DNA from: a virus
Reading direction: 5' to 3' (one strand)
DNA length: 64,000 nucleotides
IMG/VR virus record: IMGVR_UViG_3300035130_000101
Coordinates: 1-64,000 of that record
The number at the start of each line of letters is the position of its first letter. Within the stretch, counting starts at the first letter, position 1. A program made the translations under genes and the position numbers. Positions 51,141-60,127 of this stretch are shown piece after piece. Below the pieces are notes generated by a model, which saw nothing but the letters and a program-made list of their open reading frames with translations, made no database searches and was not told where the DNA came from.

Positions 51141-53666
51141 TTAGTATGATGAAAAGCTGTCGCGCCAGAGCATATAGGCGGTAATGGTAGGCGCACCAGC
51201 TACATTAACAAATGAGGTTACGTCGTTGTTATCGGGTAGAAGCGCCCACGTTCCAAAATCTGAATTTGCCAATATAGCATCTGGACGTGAACCAAAAAAG
51301 TCAGAAATAATACTTTGTTCTTTAGGTGACAAATCAATTACTAATGTTTCACCGTCAAGTAATGAGTAATTGAATAAAAGTTCTTTACCGGTACGCAAAG
51401 AACGCAAATTATATATTGTTGCTGTAGTACCACCGGAGCGATTGAAAAAGACTTTAGGATATACTATCGTTCCGTCATTGTCTATTGATGTTAGTCCTCC
51501 AAAGTAAGCTGTTCCAGTGGTAGTATATCCAATAAACAAATCAAAAAGTTTGTTATTTGTTGGATCGCTTCGCCCGATTTGTATAGCATATACAATTGGC
51601 GATCCCGGCAAATCTATATCTAAACTTGACCAGGTGTACCCATTCCAAAAGGCTATTCTATCCGTTGTCGTGATGCCACCAGCGGTAGTAAAAAAACCAC
51701 CGGCATATAATGTTCCATCTGGACCAATGGCTAATGAATAAACAGTATTATTCATTCCAGTACTGAGGGCTGACCAAAAACTTCCATTCCACGAAGCGAC
51801 GCGAATTGCAGCCCCGCCACCAGCAGTAGAAAAATCCCCCCCTGCATATAATGTTCCGTCTGGGCCAATGGCTAATGTCTGGACACTACCATCCATTCCA
51901 GTGCCGAGGGCTGACCAGGAAGAGCCATCCCACGAAGCAACGCGATTTGCAGCCCCGCCACCGGCAGTAGTGAAATTACCTCCTGCATATAATGTTCCGT
52001 CTGGGTCAATGGCTAAGTCATTGACAGTACTATTCATTCCAGTGCTGAGGGCTGACCAGGAAGAGCCATCCCACGAAGCGATATAATTTGCAGCCCCGCC
52101 ACCGGCAGTAGTGAAATTACCTCCTGCATATAATGTTCCGTCTGGGCCAATGGCTAATGTCTGGACAACGTTATCCATTCCAGTGCCGAGGGCTGACCAG
52201 GAAGAGCCATCCCACGAAGCAACGCGATTTGCAGCCCCGCCACCGGCAGTAGTGAAATCCCCCCCCGCATATAATGTTCCGTCCGGGCCAATGGCTAATG
52301 CAAAGACAGCACTACTCATACCAGTGCCGAGGGCTGACCAACTTTCATCTTGTTTATGCCATCTAACTATATTGTCAGCATTGGCGATATTATCAAAATT
52401 TGTAAACTGTCCGCCTACATAGACATAGGTATCATCTTCGACGATTGCTCTAATATTTGTGTATGTACCGGCTGCATCTGGTGGTCCCAGGGGATTCCAT
52501 TGTCCAGTGGAACGTAATCGGCCAGCAACATACCTAAACGTGGCGCTATCATTCGTATCCAGCACCGCCGCGCTCTCCCCCACTTCCAGCCAAAACGGGT
52601 TAGGCGCGGTCAACTGAATAGCGGCCCGCTGAGAAAACTTATTGAGTTTTAACCAGTTGCCATCGTCGATACTCCGGTCATCACAGTAGACAACCGGCAT
52701 ATCTCCTTCAAGCCCGCCGCCATATCTAACCGCTATCTCTTTCTGGACTTTAGCGCCGTTAAAGCGGATTCGGGTCAGTTGCAGATCGTCGGCAAAGAAG
52801 GCTTCTTCCAACTCTTGCGTCTTCTCGTGAAGCTCTGATTCTGTATCAGCAATGAACTGTCCGATTATGGTAAACTCTCTCGGCTCTATCTTTTCGTTGT
52901 TTAGCTCACCACCGGGCAGGATTGCATAGCTATCAACTCCGAGGCGACGGGGTGCACTACCGGCTCCGACTACCCGTTCGACCTGGAATTTGTACTCCTC
53001 CCAAAAGTCAACGGACTTGCCACCGGCTTTACTCAGGGCGCTGCGCTGACTTATCGAGGCGTGTTCGCTGCCAAGCCATTCGCATCCGTCCTGAGTGCCG
53101 TCGATGTAGGTTGTCCAATATGCAAGCGGCTCGACCTGCACTCCGTCCAGATAAAACGTACCAGGTTGCGCTGCGGTAATTTCAAGCGTCGTCCGTCCGT
53201 TGGCTTGCGCTGCCGCAAAGGGCGCGCCGTACAATGACCAGCTATCATCTATCTTCTCGACGAACTTGAGCCTCTTGGTTGCGCTGCCGATAGTTACCAG
53301 GAGATTGGTATTGCCCCGCACTCTGGCCGTGACAAAATGCTCGACATTGGTCAAGGCGGAGGTGGTCAGGCTTACGCCGTCGCCAATGGCAGGCGCGGCC
53401 ACCTGGTAGGAATAGAGGCCGTATTTTTGATAAGTCGTTACTCTGGTCGTAGTAGCGCCGGAAACGTCCGAGAAATTAGCGGTCGTTTCCGCCGATGGAT
53501 TCAGAACGTAATTGCTTGAGGCCACCGGCGTTATGATTCGCCATTTGTTATCCACGGTTGGTACCCCTGTCTTGAAGATTACAGGCAGGTAAATCTTCTC
53601 TTGCGCCTGGGAGTAGCCCGGCCATAAGATGATTACCAGACATATTAAAGCTAGTAGTTTTTTCAT
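51141..53666 (-). CDS. tail fibre-like protein with five ~47-aa propeller-type repeats and a signal-peptide-like N-terminus
   Basis: 841 aa. MKKLLALICLVIILWPGYSQAQE. The repeats read ASWDGSSWSALGTGM..V..LAIGPDGTLYAGG.FTTAGGGAAN. Confidence 0.65.
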   Translation of the reverse strand: MKKLLALICLVIILWPGYSQAQEKIYLPVIFKTGVPTVDNKWRIITPVASSNYVLNPSAETTANFSDVSGATTTRVTTYQKYGLYSYQVAAPAIGDGVSLTTSALTNVEHFVTARVRGNTNLLVTIGSATKRLKFVEKIDDSWSLYGAPFAAAQANGRTTLEITAAQPGTFYLDGVQVEPLAYWTTYIDGTQDGCEWLGSEHASISQRSALSKAGGKSVDFWEEYKFQVERVVGAGSAPRRLGVDSYAILPGGELNNEKIEPREFTIIGQFIADTESELHEKTQELEEAFFADDLQLTRIRFNGAKVQKEIAVRYGGGLEGDMPVVYCDDRSIDDGNWLKLNKFSQRAAIQLTAPNPFWLEVGESAAVLDTNDSATFRYVAGRLRSTGQWNPLGPPDAAGTYTNIRAIVEDDTYVYVGGQFTNFDNIANADNIVRWHKQDESWSALGTGMSSAVFALAIGPDGTLYAGGDFTTAGGGAANRVASWDGSSWSALGTGMDNVVQTLAIGPDGTLYAGGNFTTAGGGAANYIASWDGSSWSALSTGMNSTVNDLAIDPDGTLYAGGNFTTAGGGAANRVASWDGSSWSALGTGMDGSVQTLAIGPDGTLYAGGDFSTAGGGAAIRVASWNGSFWSALSTGMNNTVYSLAIGPDGTLYAGGFFTTAGGITTTDRIAFWNGYTWSSLDIDLPGSPIVYAIQIGRSDPTNNKLFDLFIGYTTTGTAYFGGLTSIDNDGTIVYPKVFFNRSGGTTATIYNLRSLRTGKELLFNYSLLDGETLVIDLSPKEQSIISDFFGSRPDAILANSDFGTWALLPDNNDVTSFVNVAGAPTITAYMLWRDSFSSY
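51650..52350. repeat. 141-bp tandem coding repeats (5 copies)
   Basis: GCATATAATGTTCC(A/G)TC(T/C)GG recurs at 51703, 51844, 51985, 52126 and 52267. Confidence 0.8.
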
Positions 53667-53678
53667 TTCTGATTTCTT

Positions 53679-53692
53679 TCAATTGCAATTGA
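53679..53692. repeat. junction palindrome, perfect
   Basis: TCAATTGCAATTGA; 7 nt after stop 53700 and 12 nt before ATG 53666. Confidence 0.7.
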
Positions 53693-53699
53693 TACTTTT

Positions 53700-56600
53700 T
53701 CATCCAATAAGCGCCTTTGCTACCTGATACTGCTGGATAACCGACTGCGGGGAGGCCAACGTGTTAACTGTCATATTGAACGTGTTATTTCTGTCGCCAC
53801 CACCTTTTAGCATCCCGGCTAATCGGTCCATAACCAGGCTGTCAATCGTCATCCCTCTCGGCGTGACAAGCAACTCCTCACCCGGCTCAAGGTACATCGG
53901 GCCAAACGTGTCACCCCGACCTTGCCCCGGTATTTTGTAGCCCAGGCCCAAGCCGTTTTGTAAACCGATACCCCGCATAAAGCCGATGCCTTTAGAAAAG
54001 CCGATGCCGGTTTGTGCGCCGGATGCACTGCCAGCATCCTGCGCTGCCCGTGCCGCCTCTTTAGCAGCCTCCGCCATTTTCCTGAAAGCCTCTTCTGCGT
54101 CCATAACGATCTCGATTAGATCATCGATAGCATCGGCAGCATCTTCCATATCGTCGACGATCTTTTCAGCCGCCCGAGATGCCGCTTCGCCTACTGCCGT
54201 GAAAGCCGAACCGAGAGCGTGAACGGCGGCAGTCAATTGATTGACCAGGGTCATAATAGCATTGATTGCGTCAGTGGCGGTTGTTTGGAGCGTCGGCAAC
54301 GTTAGCACGTAAATATCGATGAGTGCAGTATCAAGCGGTATTATCCCCGTATCTTTTAACAATAGTAGTTTCTCGGATATCAGATCATATGTCAGCGTGA
54401 AGGCATCTTGCAACAGGGGCAAAGTGATCTCTACAAAATCGAGAATGGATTGCACGAAAGCCGTCCATTGCTCCTGTACCGGTAGCAGTCCAGCAGAGAT
54501 AGATTCAAACGCTGCTAACGGGTCAGCAGTGTCAAACTCTGGTCCAGTTGACTCTTCCTCTCCGCCACCGAATAAGCTACTAAAAACACCGGTGACGGCT
54601 TCGACTGCTTTGCTTGCCAGCGAGCCTATGCCATCAATAAGACCCTGGATTAAATCAGCGCCAAAATCATAAAAAACGGTACTTGGTGAACTAATGCCAA
54701 GAGCTTCCTTAAAAGAGCTTATCAAAGCATTGGCACTTTCTGTTATAGCATTTTCCAAGTCCTGTTGAGCCTGTTTTATACCATTCTTGATACCATCTAT
54801 GATATTTGTGCCGACTACTTTAGCTATTGTTTTCATATTTTCGCCAATGCCATTTAGGACACTGGTAAGTTCGCTTATCGTCGCCGGCTCGACTTGTATG
54901 CCTATTTCATCGAGTAGGCCAGACACGATACCGGCGACGATTTGCGCCGCCAGTCCAACTATAGCTTGTGACACCGCCGATACTGCCGCTACCAGTCCGA
55001 TTATGATCTTGCCCAAGACCTTAGCCATCTCAGGGCCATTATCTCCAAAGTTACCAATTTGCTCGCCTAAAAATTGACCGATGGCAAAACCGGCATCTTT
55101 TAAGCCTGCTTGGGTTTCAGGTGATCCGGCCCATCTGATTATCTCCGCTACAACAACAATCAGTGCCTGAGTAGCCATATCAACGGCAGTATTAGTCCAT
55201 TCCCAAAATTTAGCAGCCCAGTCTGAGTGAGCCTCGATCAACTCCGGTGCATAGTCTCTAATCTTTTGCCCGACAAACCCGGTCAACTCAGCCATCTTAC
55301 CGGGACCATCAACGAGAGCGGTTACTGTCCAGTCCCAAAACTGATTGCCCCAAGTTGTTAATTGCGCCTCTATCTGAGGCCAAGCGTTATTGATAGTATC
55401 GACGATCATTTCAATGACCGCCTGAAAATCAGTCGCCCCGCTGCGAAATGCTTCTATCCAACTGCTGACAAAAGCGATGGCGTTTTCAAGCGCAGGCACA
55501 ACCTGATTATCCAGAGCATCGGTCAACGGGCCGGCAAAATCTGAGGCAAACGAGATACCCAGACTGATAAGCTGATTAACAAACGGCAATAGTCGAGTGC
55601 CAATCGTATCGGCCAGGGCGCGCAAGGTGTTTTTGAATAGCTGTATCTGACTTTTGGTGGTAGCGTATCGCTGCGCCGCCTCGTTTGCCAGGGCCGTGTT
55701 TTCCTCAAAAGCCCCGTTAGCCGTCTGTAAGGTGCGCTCTAACAGATCACCCGCCCCGGCCAGTGACAGAAATGACCGGATTAACCGTTGATCTTCCAGG
55801 CCCAACTCGGCCAGCGTATTAACAGCATCGTCACCTTGCGCCCCCAGGCCCTCGACAAAAGCCAGAAATGCTCCGCTTGCATCTTTCTCCCAAGCGGCCT
55901 TGAAATCCTCAACGGTCATATTAGACGTGGCTGCAAATGTCGCCAGCAGGTTACTATCTATCGGTTGCCCGTGCTGCTGCCTGAGTAAATCTGTTTCCGC
56001 TTGCAATTCCTGAATAGCCTGAGCTGTCTCAAAAGCCTTTTGCCGGGTCTTGTCGCCCAACTGCCGCCCGAACTCCTCAGCCGAGCCACCGGCGGCAATG
56101 AAAGCTTGCTCTTGCGCTAATAGCTCCGCTTGCAAGCCAGGAAATTGCGCCTCTAGCCTGGCGGATTCGGCATTGAGTTTTGTCAACTTGTCAACGTTCT
56201 TATCAATCTCATCTGTATAATCAACAAAGCCGGTAGCAGCCCCGGCCACGGCGTTATTGATTGCCAACAGAACCTTTTGTGTTGCCGTACCACCCGCTTC
56301 CGCCTCTACGCCAACCGATGACATTGCCGTACCGATGGCCAGTACATCAGCCTGGGTAAGCCCGGCTATTTTACCAGCCCCGGCTAGCCTCTCGCCAAAA
56401 GCCAAAATATCACGTTCTGTAGTAGCGAAGTTATTACCCAGGGCAACGATAGTCGAACCAAGTTGCTCGATATTCATCCCCATATCATCGGCGGAAATGT
56501 TGAAAATGTTGGAGATACGGGCCAGGCCGGTCGCAGCCTCTTCGGTCGAGAGGTTAGTTGATACACCCAGCGCGGCGACAGTTTCAGTAAATTCCAGTAG

Positions 56601-57044
56601 GGCATCTTTGCCGATACCCAATTGACCGCCCAGCTCACCGATAGCAGCTAATTCCTCGAAGGTCAAGGGGACTGTTTTTGTCAGATCAACAAAGCCAGCG
56701 CGCAACTCCTTGCCAGCTTCGTTCAATTCACCGATACCGGAAGTCAAGCCGTCTGTTGTTTTGATGACCCCGGCAAATGCATCTTCAAACGATATGGCCG
56801 TGGTAGTCGAGACAGTAGCCAGCGCGCCCACGCCAGCGGCCAGCGCGCCCACACCGGCGACGGCTACGCCTGCGGCAAGTTTGGCGGTACTGCCTAATGC
56901 GCTGCCGAGCTTGCCGAACATTCCGCCGGCTTTGTCGGCGGACTTACCTAAGCCAAGTTGGGCTTTGTCGGCTTTGGAGAGATCGCGGAGATATGAGTTA
57001 AGGTTGCGTGCTAAAAATTCTACTCCTACTGGTGTTAATGCCAC
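53700..57044 (-). CDS. tail tape measure protein
   Basis: 1114 aa, Ala/Gly/Leu-rich with long helical segments. TMP core-like AGKIAGLTQADVLAIGTAMSSVGVEAEAGGTA. GTG start with an AAGGA RBS. Confidence 0.85.
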   Translation of the reverse strand: MALTPVGVEFLARNLNSYLRDLSKADKAQLGLGKSADKAGGMFGKLGSALGSTAKLAAGVAVAGVGALAAGVGALATVSTTTAISFEDAFAGVIKTTDGLTSGIGELNEAGKELRAGFVDLTKTVPLTFEELAAIGELGGQLGIGKDALLEFTETVAALGVSTNLSTEEAATGLARISNIFNISADDMGMNIEQLGSTIVALGNNFATTERDILAFGERLAGAGKIAGLTQADVLAIGTAMSSVGVEAEAGGTATQKVLLAINNAVAGAATGFVDYTDEIDKNVDKLTKLNAESARLEAQFPGLQAELLAQEQAFIAAGGSAEEFGRQLGDKTRQKAFETAQAIQELQAETDLLRQQHGQPIDSNLLATFAATSNMTVEDFKAAWEKDASGAFLAFVEGLGAQGDDAVNTLAELGLEDQRLIRSFLSLAGAGDLLERTLQTANGAFEENTALANEAAQRYATTKSQIQLFKNTLRALADTIGTRLLPFVNQLISLGISFASDFAGPLTDALDNQVVPALENAIAFVSSWIEAFRSGATDFQAVIEMIVDTINNAWPQIEAQLTTWGNQFWDWTVTALVDGPGKMAELTGFVGQKIRDYAPELIEAHSDWAAKFWEWTNTAVDMATQALIVVVAEIIRWAGSPETQAGLKDAGFAIGQFLGEQIGNFGDNGPEMAKVLGKIIIGLVAAVSAVSQAIVGLAAQIVAGIVSGLLDEIGIQVEPATISELTSVLNGIGENMKTIAKVVGTNIIDGIKNGIKQAQQDLENAITESANALISSFKEALGISSPSTVFYDFGADLIQGLIDGIGSLASKAVEAVTGVFSSLFGGGEEESTGPEFDTADPLAAFESISAGLLPVQEQWTAFVQSILDFVEITLPLLQDAFTLTYDLISEKLLLLKDTGIIPLDTALIDIYVLTLPTLQTTATDAINAIMTLVNQLTAAVHALGSAFTAVGEAASRAAEKIVDDMEDAADAIDDLIEIVMDAEEAFRKMAEAAKEAARAAQDAGSASGAQTGIGFSKGIGFMRGIGLQNGLGLGYKIPGQGRGDTFGPMYLEPGEELLVTPRGMTIDSLVMDRLAGMLKGGGDRNNTFNMTVNTLASPQSVIQQYQVAKALIG

Positions 57045-57073
57045 TTGACAAAATCCTTAAACTAAGATACAAT
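57045..57073 (+). promoter_or_regulatory. sigma70-type promoter (upstream of tandem pair)
   Basis: TTGACA, 17-nt spacer, TACAAT. It abuts the tape-measure start codon on the other strand. Confidence 0.55.
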
Positions 57074-57089
57074 AATTCTTGCCAGACAG

Positions 57090-57118
57090 TTGACTGAATA
57101 GAATGGTTGATATAAAAT
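57090..57118 (+). promoter_or_regulatory. sigma70-type promoter
   Basis: TTGACT, 17-nt spacer, TAAAAT. Confidence 0.55.
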
Positions 57119-57125
57119 TACAAAT

Positions 57126-57192
57126 ACTCTCCTCTGCTTTGGTCAATTGTCTGGCGACAAAGGCCATTCCAAAAGCGGAGGAGTTTTTTATT
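57126..57192 (+). promoter_or_regulatory. leader with terminator-like hairpin (attenuator or small RNA)
   Basis: CTCCTCTGCTTTGG (57129-57142) pairs with CCAAAAGCGGAGGAG (57169-57183), followed by TTTTTT. It ends 3 nt before the AAGGAG RBS of 57207. Confidence 0.45.
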
Positions 57193-57206
57193 GCAAGGAG
57201 ATAGCT

Positions 57207-57824
57207 ATGAGCAATATCGTTAAAGCAAAGGTCAAGGTAAGGGGCACTCGCCCATTTTGGCAACATCGTTTTGGCCCGGAAGCATTGCCACTCGAAAAGA
57301 AGGAAAAGACGGGCGTCGCCGGCAACAACCCCGAAGAATGGAGACAGACGGCAATGGTCAATAAAGACGGACAGCTTTTCTTTGAAGGTACTTACATTTT
57401 TGGTTCGCTGCGTGAGGCTGCAAAGTACACGAAGCGAGGCCGGGCATCCCTGCAAAAGCCGGTTGCCGCTACGCTTCAAATCTTGGAAGATAGAATCCTG
57501 CTTGATCGCTTTTTCCCCGGCTTTCCCAACGGTCACAAATTCGACATCGCTACCGTTGAAGAGCTGCCACGCGACCAGGAAGAATTGGTCTATTTGGACG
57601 TGAGAGGCGTCGTGAATCCATCGACGCGAGGCCGGAACGTGCGCTATCGGGTCGCTGCTTCTCCTGGTTGGCAAACCGAGTTTACCATTATGTTTGATAA
57701 GACCATTGTCAGCCGGAATGAAATGGAAGCTATCTTGATTGACGCCGGGCGACTGGTTGGCATCGGCAATGGTCGGACTATCGGAATGGGCCGGTTTGAG
57801 GTTGAACAGTTCGAGTGCGAGTGA
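57207..57824 (+). CDS. unknown protein, paralog A (Gly-rich C-terminal loop)
   Basis: AAGGAG RBS. 205 aa, clearly paralogous to 60128..60706. Ends GIGNGRTIGMGRFEV. Confidence 0.65.
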   Translation: MSNIVKAKVKVRGTRPFWQHRFGPEALPLEKKEKTGVAGNNPEEWRQTAMVNKDGQLFFEGTYIFGSLREAAKYTKRGRASLQKPVAATLQILEDRILLDRFFPGFPNGHKFDIATVEELPRDQEELVYLDVRGVVNPSTRGRNVRYRVAASPGWQTEFTIMFDKTIVSRNEMEAILIDAGRLVGIGNGRTIGMGRFEVEQFECE

Positions 57825-58086
57825 TATTACGGGGTCCGGTACAGTAGGGCGCAGCGGGGTAAGGTGTGGTAGAGTTTGGTACAGCGAGTTACGGTCCAGC
57901 TTGGCAAGCCATAGCAAGGAAAACAAATCTAATTTACGCGATATAGTATAACGCGGTCGAGTCGGGTTTTGTCCGGCAAGGATATGTCGAGTCAGGTTAG
58001 GCTGAGTCGGGTTAGGTCTCGTAAAGCGATGCAAGAAAAACAAACTAAACCACCACGAGGCGTAGTAGGGAACGGTAAGGTGGGGT
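57825..58086 (+). repeat. GT-rich, C-poor spacer with short repeats
   Basis: GAGTC(G/A)GGTT occurs three times (57959, 57989, 58004). GGTGTGGTAGAGT (57863) is also at 58489. GTTAGG(C/T) lies at 57996 and 58011. Confidence 0.6.
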
Positions 58087-58440
58087 ATGGCTCGCTTGTG
58101 TTCGGTCGAGTTAAGCAAAGCAAGGGATTTAATGCCAAAATCAAGACAGCCACAAGCAATATGGCAAGCCACCCGCCAAAGAGTTTGGCTTAGGGACAAG
58201 GGCCGTTGCCAGGGACCATACTGCAAAGATAAGCCTGAATGGTCCCTATCTCTGAAAGAGTGCCATATTGACCATATTCGCTCTGGCAAGTTGGCTACAA
58301 ACAAATCGAGTAACCTCCGTGTTTTATGCCGTCGCTGCCATACCCTTAGAGCCGACAACAGGCATCGGGGTATGATAGCTTCTGCCCTACGTGCTAACAT
58401 AATTCCTGCCAATTGGCGTGAATTAGTCTGGGATGACTGA
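58087..58440 (+). CDS. HNH endonuclease
   Basis: CQGPYCKD...CHIDHIRSGKLATNKSSNLRVLCRRCHTLR. AAGGTGG RBS. Confidence 0.8.
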   Translation: MARLCSVELSKARDLMPKSRQPQAIWQATRQRVWLRDKGRCQGPYCKDKPEWSLSLKECHIDHIRSGKLATNKSSNLRVLCRRCHTLRADNRHRGMIASALRANIIPANWRELVWDD

Positions 58441-58524
58441 CCCGGCTTGGCGCAGCAGAGCAAGGATCAGCACCGACCGGCGTGGTGGGGTGTGGTAGAG
58501 TGCAGTTTAGTATCGCAAGGATAA
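58441..58524 (+). repeat. GT-rich spacer
   Basis: Contains GGTGTGGTAGAGT (58489-58501). Confidence 0.5.
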
Positions 58525-58546
58525 GGGCCAGCAATGGCCCTTTTTT
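58525..58546 (+). terminator. rho-independent terminator
   Basis: GGGCCA gcaa TGGCCC TTTTTT. Confidence 0.7.
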
Positions 58547-58661
58547 CTTTTGTGCGCCGGTCGGTGTCAGCGGCATTTTTTACCTTTTCTCTTCGCAAAA
58601 ACAACATTTTGCGAAGTAAAATATCCAACCTTAAAAGTGTGCAAATTGGTATTGAGGACTA

Positions 58662-58690
58662 TTGACAAGTGAACACTTATCTGCTATAAT
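58662..58690 (+). promoter_or_regulatory. sigma70 consensus promoter
   Basis: ACTATTGACA, 17-nt spacer, TATAAT. Confidence 0.7.
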
Positions 58691-58723
58691 AAGTACATCA
58701 AACAGTAAGAAAGGATTAAGAAA

Positions 58724-58942
58724 ATGACTAAGCAGTTCAGATTTGTAGGTTTTTCTCATAAAACTTGGGAACCCGGTTGTCGAAATCTTGGTATGGTGTG
58801 GGCTTCTTCCATCGATGAAGCTCGGCAAGCCTTCAAAGAGAACGGCTTAGCTCCTCCGGTTATAAAACGAAAATTAGGCGACGCTTCTTATCGTCTAGTG
58901 GATGATAACGGTAATGTCACTAAAGAAATGATTTTTCGCTAA
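58724..58942 (+). CDS. hypothetical small protein
   Basis: 72-aa ORF. Confidence 0.55.
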   Translation: MTKQFRFVGFSHKTWEPGCRNLGMVWASSIDEARQAFKENGLAPPVIKRKLGDASYRLVDDNGNVTKEMIFR

Positions 58943-58993
58943 CCACCCACCCGCCCCGCCGGTGGCCTCGTAACCGGCAGAAAGGTACTTAAG

Positions 58994-59197
58994 ATGAAAG
59001 ATATGGCATATTTTGTTAATCTGGTAGATGAGGCCAAGAAAACCAGAGATAATATTGGCGAGATGTTCAATGAAGCCTACTATGCCAAGCAAGATACTAC
59101 TCGTTTACAACGGTTATTTGATAAAGCTACCGACCGCATCTTGCGCCGGATGGGTTATGTCTGGTTATTAGACCAGGCGAAAAATTTCAAAGAGTAA
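58994..59197 (+). CDS. hypothetical small protein
   Basis: 67-aa ORF. Confidence 0.55.
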   Translation: MKDMAYFVNLVDEAKKTRDNIGEMFNEAYYAKQDTTRLQRLFDKATDRILRRMGYVWLLDQAKNFKE

Positions 59198-59242
59198 CCA
59201 CTTAATGGCCCGCCCGGGGCCTATCCGGGCAAAGGTGCTAAA

Positions 59243-59404
59243 ATGTTTTTGTCGCAGTCAGATTTTTCTCACTTGTTCAATGTTCTCAGGTCGGTTTATC
59301 CCAGTGACCTATACTCTGACAATGATTTGCTCGACTTCCTGGCTACACTAGACCACGTTCCAGATAATGATGAATTGTTAGACTTGTTCGAGGAGGCAAT
59401 GTAA
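59243..59404 (+). CDS. very acidic small protein (53 aa, not in ORF track)
   Basis: Hand translation: MFLSQSDFSHLFNVLRSVYPSDLYSDNDLLDFLATLDHVPDNDELLDLFEEAM. AAAGGTG RBS. TAATG junction with the next gene. Confidence 0.45.
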   Translation: MFLSQSDFSHLFNVLRSVYPSDLYSDNDLLDFLATLDHVPDNDELLDLFEEAM

Positions 59405-59604
59405 TGTCATCTTCTCTCAAATCCCAACACCGCATCCAGCTTGACCCCGGCAACTTCGCCCGGCTGCAAGACATCGCCAAGCGGCTTGGCTACGTTCACC
59501 GGGCCGGGCCAGGAGCCGGTAAGGTCGGGTCGGTAAGCACGTTGATGGACGCAATCGCAAACCAAGAATCCGTAGTATCGTTAGCCAAAGAAAGGAATGA
59601 ATGA
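59404..59604 (+). CDS. hypothetical small protein (possible DNA-binding)
   Basis: 66-aa ORF: IQLDPGNFARLQDIAKRLGY. Confidence 0.5.
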   Translation: MSSSLKSQHRIQLDPGNFARLQDIAKRLGYVHRAGPGAGKVGSVSTLMDAIANQESVVSLAKERNE

Positions 59605-59861
59605 TGACCGATTATCAGATGATAAAGGAATACCTTGCAAGGCAAGTCAAGGAATGCGAACAGGCCATTATTAAATTTACAAATCGAGCAAACTTTGACG
59701 CAGGATTGGTGGCCGAGTTTCAAAGCTATGAACCCGATGTAGCTCTTATTTATGCTCAATGGCATCGCTTTCATCGAGATAAAGTCATCTATTTTCAAAA
59801 AACGCTGGCGGTATTTCAAGATCGTTATTATGACTTTACCAAGTTTGACCCTAACCCTTAA
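59601..59861 (+). CDS. hypothetical small protein
   Basis: 86-aa ORF with an ATGA junction. Confidence 0.55.
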   Translation: MMTDYQMIKEYLARQVKECEQAIIKFTNRANFDAGLVAEFQSYEPDVALIYAQWHRFHRDKVIYFQKTLAVFQDRYYDFTKFDPNP

Positions 59862-59868
59862 CCACCTC

Positions 59869-59891
59869 GCCCCCGCAAGGGGGCTTTTTTT
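59869..59891 (+). terminator. rho-independent terminator
   Basis: GCCCCC gcaa GGGGGC TTTTTTT. Confidence 0.75.
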
Positions 59892-59928
59892 ATTTCCCCT
59901 TTTTCGGCTTGACGTAATTTGCATCACT

Positions 59929-59957
59929 TTGACACCAATAATCATTTGTGATATAAT
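59929..59957 (+). promoter_or_regulatory. sigma70 consensus promoter
   Basis: TTGACA, 17-nt spacer, TATAAT. Confidence 0.7.
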
Positions 59958-59964
59958 ATCCCTT

Positions 59965-60075
59965 GTCAGACTAAACGGTTTGCGAGGGCGCTTTTTTGTT
60001 GCCCACAATTAACCGAATAATTGCGGATAGACCGCCCGGCTTGAATAGGGTAAGCGCCCAAACCGTTAGTCTGAC
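59965..60075 (+). promoter_or_regulatory. long structured 5' leader
   Basis: GTCAGACTAAACGGTTTG..GGCGC (59965-59991) pairs with GCGCCCAAACCGTTAGTCTGAC (60054-60075). It starts at the predicted TSS. Confidence 0.45.
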
Positions 60076-60127
60076 AACTAAGGTTTTTCGAGCCGGGCGT
60101 TCTGTTTGCAAGAAAGAAAGGGTCACT

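Noticed and set aside
51650-52350. Regular 141-bp repeats as a CRISPR array
   Set aside because: The repeats are contiguous with no spacers, in frame, and encode a repeated 47-aa protein unit. The same reasoning applies to the 12703-12975 hexamer repeats.
57057-58463. 468-aa minus-strand ORF (and 59966..60943, 325 aa) as real protein-coding genes
   Set aside because: They overlap well-supported plus-strand genes that have promoters, RBSs and terminators. The translations are low-complexity and motif-free. They are kept only as an observation about open antisense frames.
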